Both the position numbers and the translations under genes were made by a program. From NCBI RefSeq assembly GCF_032444005.1, contig NC_091290.1:21204001-21268000 (forward strand): 64,000 nt of DNA. The letters run 5' to 3'. The notes beneath the pieces are model-generated. The model was not told the DNA's origin, made no database searches, and saw only the letters and a program-made list of their open reading frames with translations. Below, piece after piece: positions 13,101 to 23,984 of the stretch. Each line of letters begins with the position of its first letter. Positions within the stretch are counted from its first letter, which is position 1. Origin of the DNA: Ranitomeya imitator. Its lineage: Eukaryota.

Positions 13101-16100
13101 CGATGTCAGCCCCCCATCCCTGTAGATCCCAGTGCAGGGACGGGCTGATCTAGGACCCTGGGCGGCTTTATTCCTCAGGTACGACTTCCTTGTATAGAAA
13201 TCTGTGATCAGCCGGTCACATGAGCACTGGGGACTTATACTGGTAGTGCTGCCTTCCAGTGACATCACAGTGACTCATGGCTGTCAGCACATGACTAAGT
13301 GACGGTACACAAGGCTTAAAGGGACAGCGACATACAATAAAGAAATGCACCGACAACAGTAAATGTACAGTATACGGGGGTGTAGGATGAAATGGTACAG
13401 AGGCAGAGATACCGGGGGCAACGGACGGGTACAGAGGCCACGATACCTGGGGGAAGATTGGTACAGAGGCAGAGATACCGGGGGCAACGGACGGGTACAG
13501 AGGCCGCAATACCAGGGCAGGGGGGAAGGGGAGGGGGGGATTGGTACAGGGGATGAGATACCGGGGGAACGGACGGTGCAGAGGCCAAGATACCAGGAGG
13601 ACAGTACAGGGGACGAGATACCGGGGGGACGGACGGTGCAGAGGCCAAGATACCAGGAGGACAGTACAGGGGACAAGATATTGGGGGGGTGGGATTGGAG
13701 ACAGTACAGAGGCTGAGACACTGGGGGGGGGGGGGGGTAGCAGAACAGGGGAAGAGATACCGGGGAGGGGGGGGGGAGACAGAGCAGAGGCCTAGACACC
13801 GGGGGATATGGACGGTGCAGAGGCCAAGGTATCATGGGGAGGTACAGAGGCAGAGTTACGGGGGGGGCGGTGAAGACGGCACAGGGACAGAGATACAGGG
13901 GGAGAAGACGATACAGGGGCCGAGATACGGGAGATACCGGGGGGGGGGGGGGGGAAGGACAGTTGAGGGGCCGAGATGTGAGGGGAGAAGACGATACAGG
14001 GGCCGAGATAAGGGGGGGGGGGGGGGAGACGATATATGGCCTGAGTTACAGGGGTAGGGGGGAGAAGGAAGTGCAGGGGGTAGAAAAACAGGAGATACGG
14101 GGGGAGAAGACGATACAAGGGCTGAGATTTGGGAGATACTGGGGGGGGGGGGGGGTGTTGGGAGAAGACAATACAGGGGCCGGGATACAGAAGATACAGG
14201 GGGGGGGAGAAGATGATGCAGAGGCTGAGATACAGGAGATACAAGGAGGGAATATGACGGTACAGGGGCCGAGACGTTGGGAAAAGACGGTAATGGGGCC
14301 GAGACACGGGGGAGAGAAGGTGACACGGGGGCCGAGATACGGGAGGGGTCATATGACTGAGGGACAGAGATATGGGGGGGGGGGGGAAATAGACGGTGCA
14401 GGGGCAGGGGGGATATGACGGTTTAGGGGCCGAGATACGGGGGGGGGGGGGGAGGGGGAATATGACGGTGCAGGGGCGGAGGGGATATGACGGTGCATGG
14501 GCCGAGATACGGAGGGGGATATGACGGTGCAGGGACACAGATGCGGGGGGGAGATGATACAGTGGCCGAGACACGGGGGGATGTGACGATGCAGGGGCAG
14601 ATAGGGTGGGGGGATATGATGGTGCAGGGGCTGAGAAGGGGGTAAAAGATGATACAGGGGCCGAGATACAGGGGGGGGGGGGGGGATATGACGGTGCAGG
14701 GGCAGAGATACGGGGTGGGGGGTGGGGGGGAGATGATAGATACAGGGGCGGAGGTACGGGGGGAGATGATAGATACAGGGGCTGAGATACGGGGGGAGAT
14801 GATAGATACAGAGGCTGAGATACGGGGGGAGATGATAGATACAGGGGCCGAGATATGGGGGGGGGGGGGGGGGGAATGATAGATACAGGGGCTGAGGTAC
14901 GGGGGGGGGGGGGAGATGATAGATACAGGGGCTGAGATACGGGAGGAGATGATAGATACAGAAGCTGAGATACGGGGGGAGATGATAGATACATGGGCCG
15001 AGATACAGGGGGGGATGATAGATACAGGGGCTGAGGTACGGGGGGGGAGATGATAGATACAGGGGCTGAGGTACGGGGGGGGGGAGATGATAGATACAGG
15101 GGCTGAGATACGGGGGGAGATGATAGATACAGGGGCTGAGGTACGGGGGAGATGATAGATACAGAGGCTGAGATACGGGGGGAGATGATAGATACAGAGG
15201 CTGAGATACGGGGGAGATGATAGATACAGGGGCCGAGATACAGGGGGGGATGATAGATACACGGGCTGAGATACGGGGGGAGATGATAGATACAGAGGCT
15301 GAGATACGGGGGGAGATGATAGATACAGGGGCCGAGATACGGGGGGAGATGATAGATGCAGGGGCTGAGGTACGGGGGGGGGGGGGGAGATGATAGATAC
15401 AGGGGCTGAGGTATGGGGGGGAGATGATAGATACAGGGGCTGAGATACGGGGGGAGATGATAGATATAGAGGCTGATATACGGGGGGAGATGATAGATAC
15501 AGGGGCCGAGATACAGGGGGGGGGGGGATGATAGATACAGGGGCTGAGGTACGGGGGAGATGATAGATACAGGGGCTGAGATACGGGGGGAGATGATAGA
15601 TACAGAGGCTGAGATGCGGGGGGAGATGATAGATCCAGGGGCCGAGATACGGGGGGAGGGGGAGAATGATAGATACAGCAGGGGATGAGGTACGGGGGGG
15701 GGAAATAATAGATACAGGGGCTGAGGTACGGGGGAGATGATAGATACAGGGGCTGAGATACGGGGGGAGATGATAGATACAGGGGCTGAGATACGGGGGG
15801 AGATGATAGATACAGGGGCTGAGGTACGGGGGAGATGATAGATACAGGGGCTGAGATACGGGGGGAGATGATAGATACAGGGGCTGAGATACGGGGGAGA
15901 TGATAGATACAGAGGCTGAGATACAGGGGGAGATGATAGATACAGGGGCTGAGATACGGGGGGAGATGATAGTTACAGGGGCTGAGATACAGGGGGAGAT
16001 GATAGATACAGAGGCTGAGATACGGGGGGAGATGATAGATACAGGGGCTGAGATACAGGGGGAGATGATAGATACAGGGGCTGAGGTACGGGGGGAGATG

Positions 16101-18191
16101 ATAGATACAGGGGCTGAGATACAGGGGGAGATGATAGATACAGGTGCTGAGATACGGGGGGAGATGATAGATACAGGGGCTGAGATACGGGGGGAGATGA
16201 TAGATACAGGGGCTGAGATACAGAGGGGGGAGATGATAGATACAGGGGCTGAGATACGGGGGGGGGAGATGATAGATACAGGGGCTGAGATACGGGGGGA
16301 GATAGATACAGGGGCCGAGATACAGGGGGGGGATGATAGATACAGGGGCTGAGATACGGGGGGAGATGATAGATACAGGGGCCGAGATACGGGGGGAGAT
16401 GATAGATACAGAGGCTGAGATACGGGGGGAGATGATAGATACAGGGTCCGAGATACGGGGGGGGGGGAGAAGATGATAGATACAGGGGCTGAGGTACGGG
16501 GGGGGGGGGGGGAGATGATAGATACAGGGGCTGAGATACGGGGGGAGATGATACAGGGGCTGAGATACGGGGGGAGATGATACAGGGGCTGAGATACGGG
16601 GGGAGATGATAGATACAGAGGCTGAGATACGGGGGGAGATGATAGATACAGGGGCCGAGATATGGGGGGGGGGGGGGGAATGATAGATACAGGGGCCGAG
16701 ATACAGGGGGGGATGATAGATACAGAGGCTGAGATACGGGGGGAGATGATAGATACAGGGGCTGAGGTACGGGGGGAGATGATAGATACAGGGGCCGAGA
16801 TACGGGGGGGAGATGATAGATACAGGGGCTGAGGTACGGGGGGGGGGGGGAGATGATAGATACAGGGGCTGAGATACGGGGGGAGATGATACAGGGGCCG
16901 AGATACGGGGGGAGATGATAAATACAGAGGCTGAGATACGGGGGGAGATGATAGATACAGGGGCTGAGATACAGGGGGAGATGATAGATACAGAGGCTGA
17001 GATACGGGGGGAGATGATAGATACAGGGGCTGAGATACAGGGGGAGATGATAGATACAGAGGCTGAGATACGGGGGGAGATGATAGATACAGGGGCTGAG
17101 ATACAGGGGGAGATGATAGATACAGAGGCTGAGATACAGGGGGAGATGATAGATACAGAGGCTGAGATACGGGGGGAGATGATAGATACAGGGGCTGAGG
17201 TACGGGGGGAGATGATAGATACAGGGGCTGAGATACAGGGGGAGATGATAGATACAGGGGCTGAGATACGGGGGGATGATAGATACAGGGGATGAGATAC
17301 GGGGGGAGATGATAGATACAGGGGCTGAGATACGGGGGGGAGATGATAGATACAGAGGCTGAGATACAGGGGGAGATGATAGATACAGGGGCTGAGATAC
17401 GGGGGGAGATGATAGATACAGGGGCTGAGATACGGGGGGAGATGATAGATACAGGGGCTGAGATACGGGGGGAGATGATAGATGCAGGGGCTGAGATACG
17501 GGGGGGATGATAGATACAGGGGCTGAGATACGGGGGGGATGATAGATACAGGGGCTGAGATACGGGGGGGAGATGATAGATACAGGGGCTGAGATACGGG
17601 GGGGAGATGATAGATACAGGGGCTGAGATACGGGGGGAGATGATAGATACAGGGGCTGAGATACGGGGGGGAGATGATAGATACAGGGGCTGAGATACGG
17701 GGGGAGATGATAGATACAGGGGCTGAGATACGGGGGGGAGATGATAGATACAGGGGCTGAGATACGGGGGGAGATGATAGATACAGGGGCTGAGATACGG
17801 GGGGATGATAGATACAGGGGCTGAGATACGGGGGGAGATGATAGATACAGGGGCTGAGATACGGGGGGGAGATGATAGATACAGGGGCTGAGATACGGGG
17901 GGAGATGATAGATACAGGGGCTGAGATACGGGGGGATGATAGATACAGGGGCTGAGATACGGGGGGAGATGATAGATACGGGCTGAGATGATGGTGCAGG
18001 GGCCGATATTCCGGGTGAAGGGAGATGGATGAGGAGAGGGATATGACGGTGCAGAGATACGGGGGACTGTCACACAGTGGTGGCGGGTCCACAGTGACAG
18101 GACTCCCGCGGGTCAGACATGGTGACCCGCTTGTGGGCGTTCCCCTCACCTTGCTCAGCATCTTCTTCAGCTGGGCCTCTGACACCGCCAT
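4039..18191 (-). CDS. TSG101: Tumor susceptibility gene 101 (ESCRT-I/Vps23), complete 10-exon gene, 392 aa
   Basis: complement(join(18150-18191,12590-12674,11474-11539,11043-11206,10045-10165,9687-9747,9323-9429,4993-5195,4481-4720,4039-4128)) = 1179 nt. All introns GT-AG with compatible phases. UEV, Pro-rich region with GPPNTSY, coiled coil, PTAP and steadiness box all present. Confidence 0.97.
4481..4720 (-). CDS. TSG101: TSG101 exon 9
   Basis: [17 protein letters not shown]...[11 protein letters not shown]...DLDVFLK; 240 nt, AG/GT. Confidence 0.96.
4993..5195 (-). CDS. TSG101: TSG101 exon 8
   Basis: [32 protein letters not shown]...RLDQEV; 203 nt. Confidence 0.96.
5760..5892. mobile_element. 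Partial copy of the TAGTGATGAG-ended MITE family
   Basis: Shares GGATTGCCTAACAAA, CATGTGTTGCGGCTGTC and GAGCATGCTCAGATAACACCTT with the copies at 29944 and 30910. Confidence 0.6.
9323..9429 (-). CDS. TSG101: TSG101 exon 7
   Basis: [35 protein letters not shown]; 107 nt, phase 2 to 1. Confidence 0.9.
9687..9747 (-). CDS. TSG101: TSG101 exon 6
   Basis: [21 protein letters not shown]; 61 nt, phase 1 to 2. Confidence 0.92.
10045..10165 (-). CDS. TSG101: TSG101 exon 5
   Basis: [40 protein letters not shown]; 121 nt. Confidence 0.95.
11043..11206 (-). CDS. TSG101: TSG101 exon 4
   Basis: [55 protein letters not shown]; 164 nt. Confidence 0.97.
11474..11539 (-). CDS. TSG101: TSG101 exon 3
   Basis: [22 protein letters not shown]; 66 nt. 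Confidence 0.96.
12590..12674 (-). CDS. TSG101: TSG101 exon 2
   Basis: [28 protein letters not shown]; 85 nt. Confidence 0.95.
13330..18060. repeat. G-rich minisatellite in TSG101 intron 1 (~31-33 bp unit GGGGGAGATGATAGATACAGGGGCTGAGATAC); homogeneous core ~14730-17990, degenerate flank 13330-14730
   Basis: Unit read directly, roughly 100 core copies; G-run lengths vary. Confidence 0.95.
18150..18191 (-). CDS. TSG101: TSG101 exon 1 (coding part)
   Basis: [14 protein letters not shown]; ACCATGG Kozak context, AAG|GTGAGG donor. Confidence 0.96.
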
Positions 18192-18299
18192 GGTGAGGAG
18201 TGTCCCCGCCGCCGATCACTGACCGTCCCCGAGCTCCCTCCGTTTCCCTTTTCGGGCTCCTAGAACCAAACCCAGTGAAGCCGGAAATCCAGCTGTCCG

Positions 18300-18405
18300 C
18301 ACTGCGACTTCCGCTCCTGGCTCATACGTCACTTCCCTGGATACAGCCGTGTGTTACCATGGTGACCACAGACTTCGCTGCCGCCGCCATGTTGGATGAG
18401 GGCAG
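18300..18405 (-). promoter_or_regulatory. TSG101 proximal CpG-rich promoter with ETS/CRE, X-box-like and YY1-like motifs
   Basis: TACGTCACTTCC (18325-18336), GTTACCATGGTGAC (18353-18366), CCGCCATGTT (18384-18393); the same motifs recur upstream of the duplicate. Confidence 0.65.
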
Positions 18406-21226
18406 TTCTCCCTGACTCCTCCATGTTACATCTAGATCCCATTTTTAGCCAATATCTCCTGTCTACAGCTCTGCTGTCCGCTCAGCTTACACTGTAATAT
18501 CGAATATTAACTTATGAGGCATATTGTGGATACAGTCAGATTGCATCATGTGATGGAGCAATACAACCACATACAACCAACTGCAGAAACGGAAAGGAGA
18601 ACGCCCAGGATGTCTGGTGACTACTGGGAACTGTCCAGCCTGAGGCTGCGGCGCTGCTGTTTCTTGTAGTTCTGGTCACAGTTGCGCTGCGGTGCAAGAA
18701 TAAATAGCGAAGAGGCCGCGGCGCAGACATCACTCACTGGAGCGTGCGCAGGGCCGATAGTCCTGGGGGCAACATCTCAGAAGAAAAAAGAAAGAAATTA
18801 GTAGTGGTGTTAGTGGCCAAGATCTGAGACTGCACACAGACCATCCTTGTAGCTTGTGACAAATACAATTTCCTCATTTTAGTCCATTGAGCCATTACAT
18901 TCATTGCGAAAAATCAGTGAGAAATGTAAAGCCATACGGATGCATAGGTGCGAGAAAGTCGCATCATGGCATTACACACGGATGACCAGAGAACACTCCT
19001 GCGACTCTCGGCAGGGAGACTCGGACCCATTTTCTATACGTTTAGTGTGACGCCGGCTTTAGAATAATATATATAGCTGCACCAGTAAGGGAATGTAAGA
19101 ACGCAGGAGCCGCTCCACACCAAGGACGGAGAAAAAAGGAAAAAGGCGGATTGGACAGGTAGCATGGAAGCATAGTGCTAAGATGGCAAAGAAGTGGGCT
19201 CAGAGGCTAAAAAAGAAGTGTGCACCAACAGCAGAGGAGACCACAGGGTGGGCTGGCCAATGTGAGTAAGACTGGCGGAAATAGTCAGTGCCATTAGTCA
19301 GAGACCAGAGGAGAGTTATCGGTAGACAGGTGGCTGGAAGCAAACTTAGAGGGTTTTACTTACCTCCGTTTGATCCCTTTCCTTCAGATTCCAACAGGGT
19401 CACTCTGGTGAATGGGAGAACGGGTGAGGAGCAGACTCAAATGTGGGCAACCCTAAAAGACCCCACAAACATTATATAGCCAAGAGTCCCTGTGTTCTCT
19501 ATAAGAGAGCCTCTGCCAACCTCCTCTGTTGGAGGCCGACTTCTTGGAGAACAAAAGGACGGGCTGTTGAAATTCAACAGGACGGATAATCACTGCTCAA
19601 CTTCATCTGTGGGGAAAAGAAAAGAGGTCCTGTACAGACTGTACGCCAATTCCGCCAAGGTCGGTGTTTGCCCTACTTTAGTCTGATGTGTATGGAGCCT
19701 CAAGGTTGATAAGATACAGAGGAGCATTAGTGTCCCCACTTGGCTTCTTTGAGGGTCTCTGCATCGTGATGGGGTTGATATTATTACCTATGCCCAACCA
19801 TGGGAATAATGGGGAGACGGTGACATTCCTGGAACATATCATAACCCTTCTGTGACAGCAGTGAGGTCATAAGGTAAAACTGGAGGAAGGACACCGCCTT
19901 GGCAGGAGACAACATTCTTAGCCGTTTGTCACCCACCTATTGGTAGCAGCCTATATCCTAAATCTTCTGTACCCCCCATCCCAATAACACAAGCAACAAA
20001 TTATTTTAAACTGGTTTTATTGTATATACTGTATATATTATATACTGGTACATTCCTCATTATATTCACAGCATTATGGCCTTTAAATAACATCTTATAC
20101 TACACTAACAAGCTCAGTTTCTAAAGTAGTTGAGCAAAAACCATTTACAAGACCCTGTCTCAATGGCCGCATCTGGGGTCCATGGCTGCCAGTCTAGTAC
20201 CCTGCGAGACCCCCACTACTTACTGGAATCTCCGGAGCCTCTTCTGATTACTACAATGAAAATGATAAAAACGAGGACGGATGAGAATCCAATGGGCAAG
20301 TATAAAACCTTTTTATTCAGACTTCACGTTTCAGAGCCGATCTGGACCCTTCCTCAAGGCACATAATGACGGAATATTGGTCATGACTTTTTATAGGGGT
20401 CATTGATGACAAAATAAATAGATTTCACAAATCAGCATTAGATACATCTAAAAAAAAAAGACAGTATATCAGAAAAGCATTTTTTATATCCACATTATTA
20501 GGCAAGTAGGCTAAAAATTCCTATCCTATATTAATTACATAACAAAATGTAATGAATATATAAAATAAACATATTAAATTATACCGTAATTCATTATATT
20601 TTCTTATTATACCAGACACGAAAAACTGACGTGACCATTGAACCAGGATCCCGGAAGTCTTTTTGCTCAACTCTTGTTTTCAAATAAAAAGTATCAGAGC
20701 AAACTTTTAGAATAGAATAATCTCAGATAAATAGGGCAATCCTTACATTATATGCATAGCATAGCTAGAGGACGGTGAAGTCAGGGCGTAATTGGAAAGG
20801 AGGAGAGCCATGACAAAGAATCATGTCCCTCATAACTATGTGAAATGGAACAAAGTATATAGAGTAAAGGATGATATAATATTAGATTAATTTTTACATT
20901 CTCTAAATTGTCAAAATGCTGTAAACGTTTATATCATAATTATAGAATGTTATATTTTCAGCATGTATAAGGCTGCGCTCTCATTGTGTTTAGGCACCGT
21001 TCATTGGCGCCGTAAAGGCTTGTGATTGATCCTCCCCACAAAATGGGATTTGGACGTATGCACTGACGATGCCCATAGACTAGAATGGTACTGAATAGCG
21101 TACGTGTGCTCTGCACCATTATTGTCTACGGCCCGCCGGCACATATATCCGAACATGTGCCCCAACGTGAGCCACTGAACGCAGCGTGAAACCACCCTAA
21201 GAACAGAACAAACAAATTGACCAAAT

Positions 21227-21396
21227 TCACAACTCTTTGGCTTTCAAAGCCAAAATTTTGGCCTCGGTGTCATTCACGATCTGTTTTATCTTCTGTAGGC
21301 AGTCGAGGTATATGTCGATCGCCTGCTGGTTTTTAGGGTCGACATCTTCTGGCCGAGGCAGAAACGATAGTTTATCTGTAGGGACTACAGCAGAAT
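21227..21396 (-). CDS. Candidate terminal exon of the TSG101-like duplicate (predicted amphipathic/coiled-coil helix)
   Basis: Strong acceptor (T-tract + ttcttag). Phase-1 frame gives xSAVVPTDKLSFLPRPEDVDPKNQQAIDIYLDCLQKIKQIVNDTEAKILALKAKEL*; the other two frames stop early. Confidence 0.5.
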
Positions 21397-21700
21397 CTAA
21401 GAAAGTGAAAAAAAAAAGTAAAAAAAAAAAAAAAAAAGGGATTAGTATACCTATAGTTGCAAAAACAATGTCTCCAAGACCATCAAATATACAGATTTAC
21501 CTAGTCTTGAAGGGGATGTCCAATGACTGGAGCACCCCTTTATAAATTAAGCAGTCCCCCTTGTAAAATAAAGATGACAGATGCTCACCTTCTGCACTGG
21601 CGCCTTTCTAGCTAGATAAGCGCCGAGTCACACTTGACTTTGTTACACCATGTGGGTCCTGCAGAAAAGCAGTGGCCACTTTGGGCTGACGCGGTCTTAC

Positions 21701-21785
21701 TTCTTCCACTCGTCCGACATTCACCCGACAGAATAACAAGCTCTGTAGCCCAATTGCAGCCGCTGATCGTTATGCCATGTGAGCC
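21701..21785 (-). CDS. Candidate internal exon of the TSG101-like duplicate (acceptor uncertain: 21785 phase 0 or 21742 phase 1)
   Basis: Good phase-1 donor A|GTAAGA at 21700, compatible with the terminal exon; peptide ends ELVILSGECRTSGR. Confidence 0.3.
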
Positions 21786-22184
21786 CTGCAGCCAATGTAA
21801 CAAGCCCCGGCATCATTGGCACAGTGCTCCTGCGGGAGGTGAGTGTCTGTTATTTTTATTTTACAAGGGGAAATACTTAATACAAACATGGTTTATCCAA
21901 GTAGTGGACAAACCCTTTAAGGTAAGGTTCATATTATATTTGATGCAGATTTTACTATGAAGCGTGCAGTGTTTCTGCATCTACAATCTGCGCATATTTT
22001 CCACACTTATTAATCAAATTTTACTTGAATATAATCTGCGCTAAAAAGGTGCACGTAAACAGAAAAATTATTGAAAAAAAATGTATATGATGATTCTGCA
22101 CCAAATGTATATGCAGCATGTGGATGAGAAAGAACAATTTGGAACCCATCCTCCTTGCTGGTATATAAAAGCGAGAGGACACGG

Positions 22185-22578
22185 CAGAGAAAGAAAGAGC
22201 GCGATGCGGGAGAAAGAGAGAGAGAAAGAGAGAAAGTGAGCGCCGCGGCAGAGAGAGAACGTGCACTGCGGCAGAGAGAGAAAGAGCGGGCCACGGCAAA
22301 AGGGGAGAAAGAGCACGCTGTGGTAGAGAGAGCGTGCCGCAGCAGAGGGAGAGAGCAGCATGGTAGACAGAGGAAGAGAGCGCCACAACACAGAGATATA
22401 GCGTGCCACGGCACAGAGAGAAATAGCGCGCCGCGGCACAGAGAGAGAGCGTGCCGCAGCAGAGAGAGAGCGCGCGCACCACGGCAGAGAGAAAGAGCAC
22501 CGCGGTAGAGAGAGGAAGAGCGTGCCACGGCACAGAGAGAAATAGCACGCTGCGGCACAGAGAGAAAGAGCGCACCGT

Positions 22579-22634
<56 letters not shown>

Positions 22635-22715
22635 GAGCGCCACGGCAGAGGGAGAGAGAGCGCGCGCCGCAGCACAGAGAGAAAGAGCGCGCCGCAGCAC
22701 AGAGAGAGAAAAAGC
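22185..22715. repeat. AG-rich low-complexity repeat with a pure (GA)25 microsatellite at 22581-22630
   Basis: Degenerate GCGCCGCGGCAGAGAGAG units and a GA run read directly. Confidence 0.9.
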
Positions 22716-22754
22716 ACACATGAACTTTGCAAAGTTCTGTTGAACCAGACGTAC

Positions 22755-22823
22755 CCGAACTTCCACAGGTCTGCTCATCCCCAATCTCCACAAAATACAT
22801 GAACAGAGAGTAATTGCTCTTTC
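22755..22823 (-). CDS. Candidate internal exon of the TSG101-like duplicate
   Basis: gctacag acceptor, G|GTACGT donor, 69 nt, phase 1-1, open: KSNYSLFMYFVEIGDEQTCGSS. Confidence 0.3.
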
Positions 22824-23247
22824 CTGTAGCATGTTTTTGCTAATATAAAATAGGAATAATTTTCACAGTTTCACCTCTTACAGAGACAGCTCCTGTGTTA
22901 TTGACTCCTGCACATTCTTCATCAAGGTGGACAGAGGAGGCACAATCGCAAATACTCTCCATATGGGCACAGGGCAACATCAGTGGCTGGCCATAAACAA
23001 TATTAACTCAATGTGAACACAAAACATAACAGAAAATTCAAGAAAAATTACAAATTTCTATGATTTGTTAGTGGTTCTGTCCCTCAATCAGACAATGCAT
23101 AAGCCATTTACAGGGGGCCAGAATCAGTATGGACGTATGCCCGACTCTTCAAATGTTATTTTCTGCGTGTTTCTCATAGCTGCCACATAAAGGTTACAGT
23201 GAATAAAAAGAAAATAAAAAAAATCAGATGATAATTTCTCTGCTAAC

Positions 23248-23319
23248 CATTAATACTTGTATATAAATCTTCCACGTCGTCACTTGCACAGGTGTCATCT
23301 TGAGCCACGGTCGGGGAAG
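23248..23319 (-). CDS. Candidate exon 6 of the TSG101-like duplicate
   Basis: ccttctgcag acceptor, G|GTTAGC donor, 72 nt, phase 1-1, open: TSPTVAQDDTCASDDVEDLYTSIN. Confidence 0.35.
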
Positions 23320-23398
23320 CTGCAGAAGGTAAATTATTTATTATCAGCCATGTGATTATTATACAGAAAAGCTTATATCTTGTAAGTTTTTTTGGTGT

Positions 23399-23452
23399 CT
23401 GCAGCTGTCACTCCCAACTGGAAATTAGAAAGTGCCGTCTCGGCTTGGGTCA
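23399..23452 (-). pseudogene. Decayed remnant of TSG101 exon 8 inside the duplicate
   Basis: 12-nt exact match GTGCCGTCTCGG (23432-23443 vs 5177-5188; PSRDGT), plus a colinear ~21/31 match to the [10 protein letters not shown] codons after an internal deletion. Confidence 0.55.
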
Positions 23453-23580
23453 TGGCAAGAGCTAAAACTTAGTCCTGAAGTCTTAGCTTTAAAAACAAGA
23501 CCGAAATTGCAGTAGTAGCCGTGATCCAGGCTGAGATGTTGCCAGTTACTGACATCCCCCCTCCTGGTACCAAAGGTACA

Positions 23581-23780
23581 ACAAGAGGGGCGGCCGAACA
23601 GCAAGAGGGGCAGCCGAACAGCAAGAGGGGCGGCCGAACAGCAAGAGGGGCGGCCGAACAGCAAGAGGGGCGGCCGAACAGCAAAAGGGGCGACAGAACA
23701 ACAAAAGGGGCGACAGAACAACAAAAGGGGCGACAGAACAACAAAAGGGGCGACAGAACAACAAAAGGGGCGACAGAACA
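23581..23780. repeat. 20-bp minisatellite, 10 copies, switching midway from GCAAGAGGGGCGGCCGAACA to ACAAAAGGGGCGACAGAACA
   Basis: Read directly. Confidence 0.93.
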
Positions 23781-23860
23781 GACAAGCAGCAGCTGCAGGA
23801 GGTGGAAAATCTATAACTTAGGCTTTTACTTATTATTTAGCAGTGGCCGATAAAACTTAC

Positions 23861-23984
23861 TTTTGGGAAGTCCGGCTACCAGGCTCAAGAATGAAGCAGG
23901 TTCAGGAGATCGAGAGAAAACTGGCGGCTCCTCTCCAAATACGTCAATCAGTATCTCAATTAACCTCAGCAAGTCTAGTGGAGG
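23861..23984 (-). CDS. TSG101-like duplicate exon 5
   Basis: [41 protein letters not shown]; ctccgcag acceptor, A|GTAAGT donor. Confidence 0.85.

Noticed and set aside
14349-18191. 1280-aa ORF starting at the TSG101 ATG and running into intron 1, plus overlapping 1216-aa and 400-aa ORFs
   Set aside because: The C-rich strand of the minisatellite lacks stop codons in every frame, a strong donor follows codon 14, and frame depends on error-prone G-run lengths. Treated as a repeat artefact
19050-19900. Possible retroelement remnant upstream of TSG101
   Set aside because: No recognisable motif in any frame; cannot be assigned without a database search
22010-22832. 240-259-aa Ser/Leu-rich ORFs
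   Set aside because: Products of the (GA)n/AG-rich repeat
23117-23179. Possible extra exon of the duplicate after a ggcag acceptor
   Set aside because: The frame reaches TGA with no credible GT donor; only a poor GC donor is available
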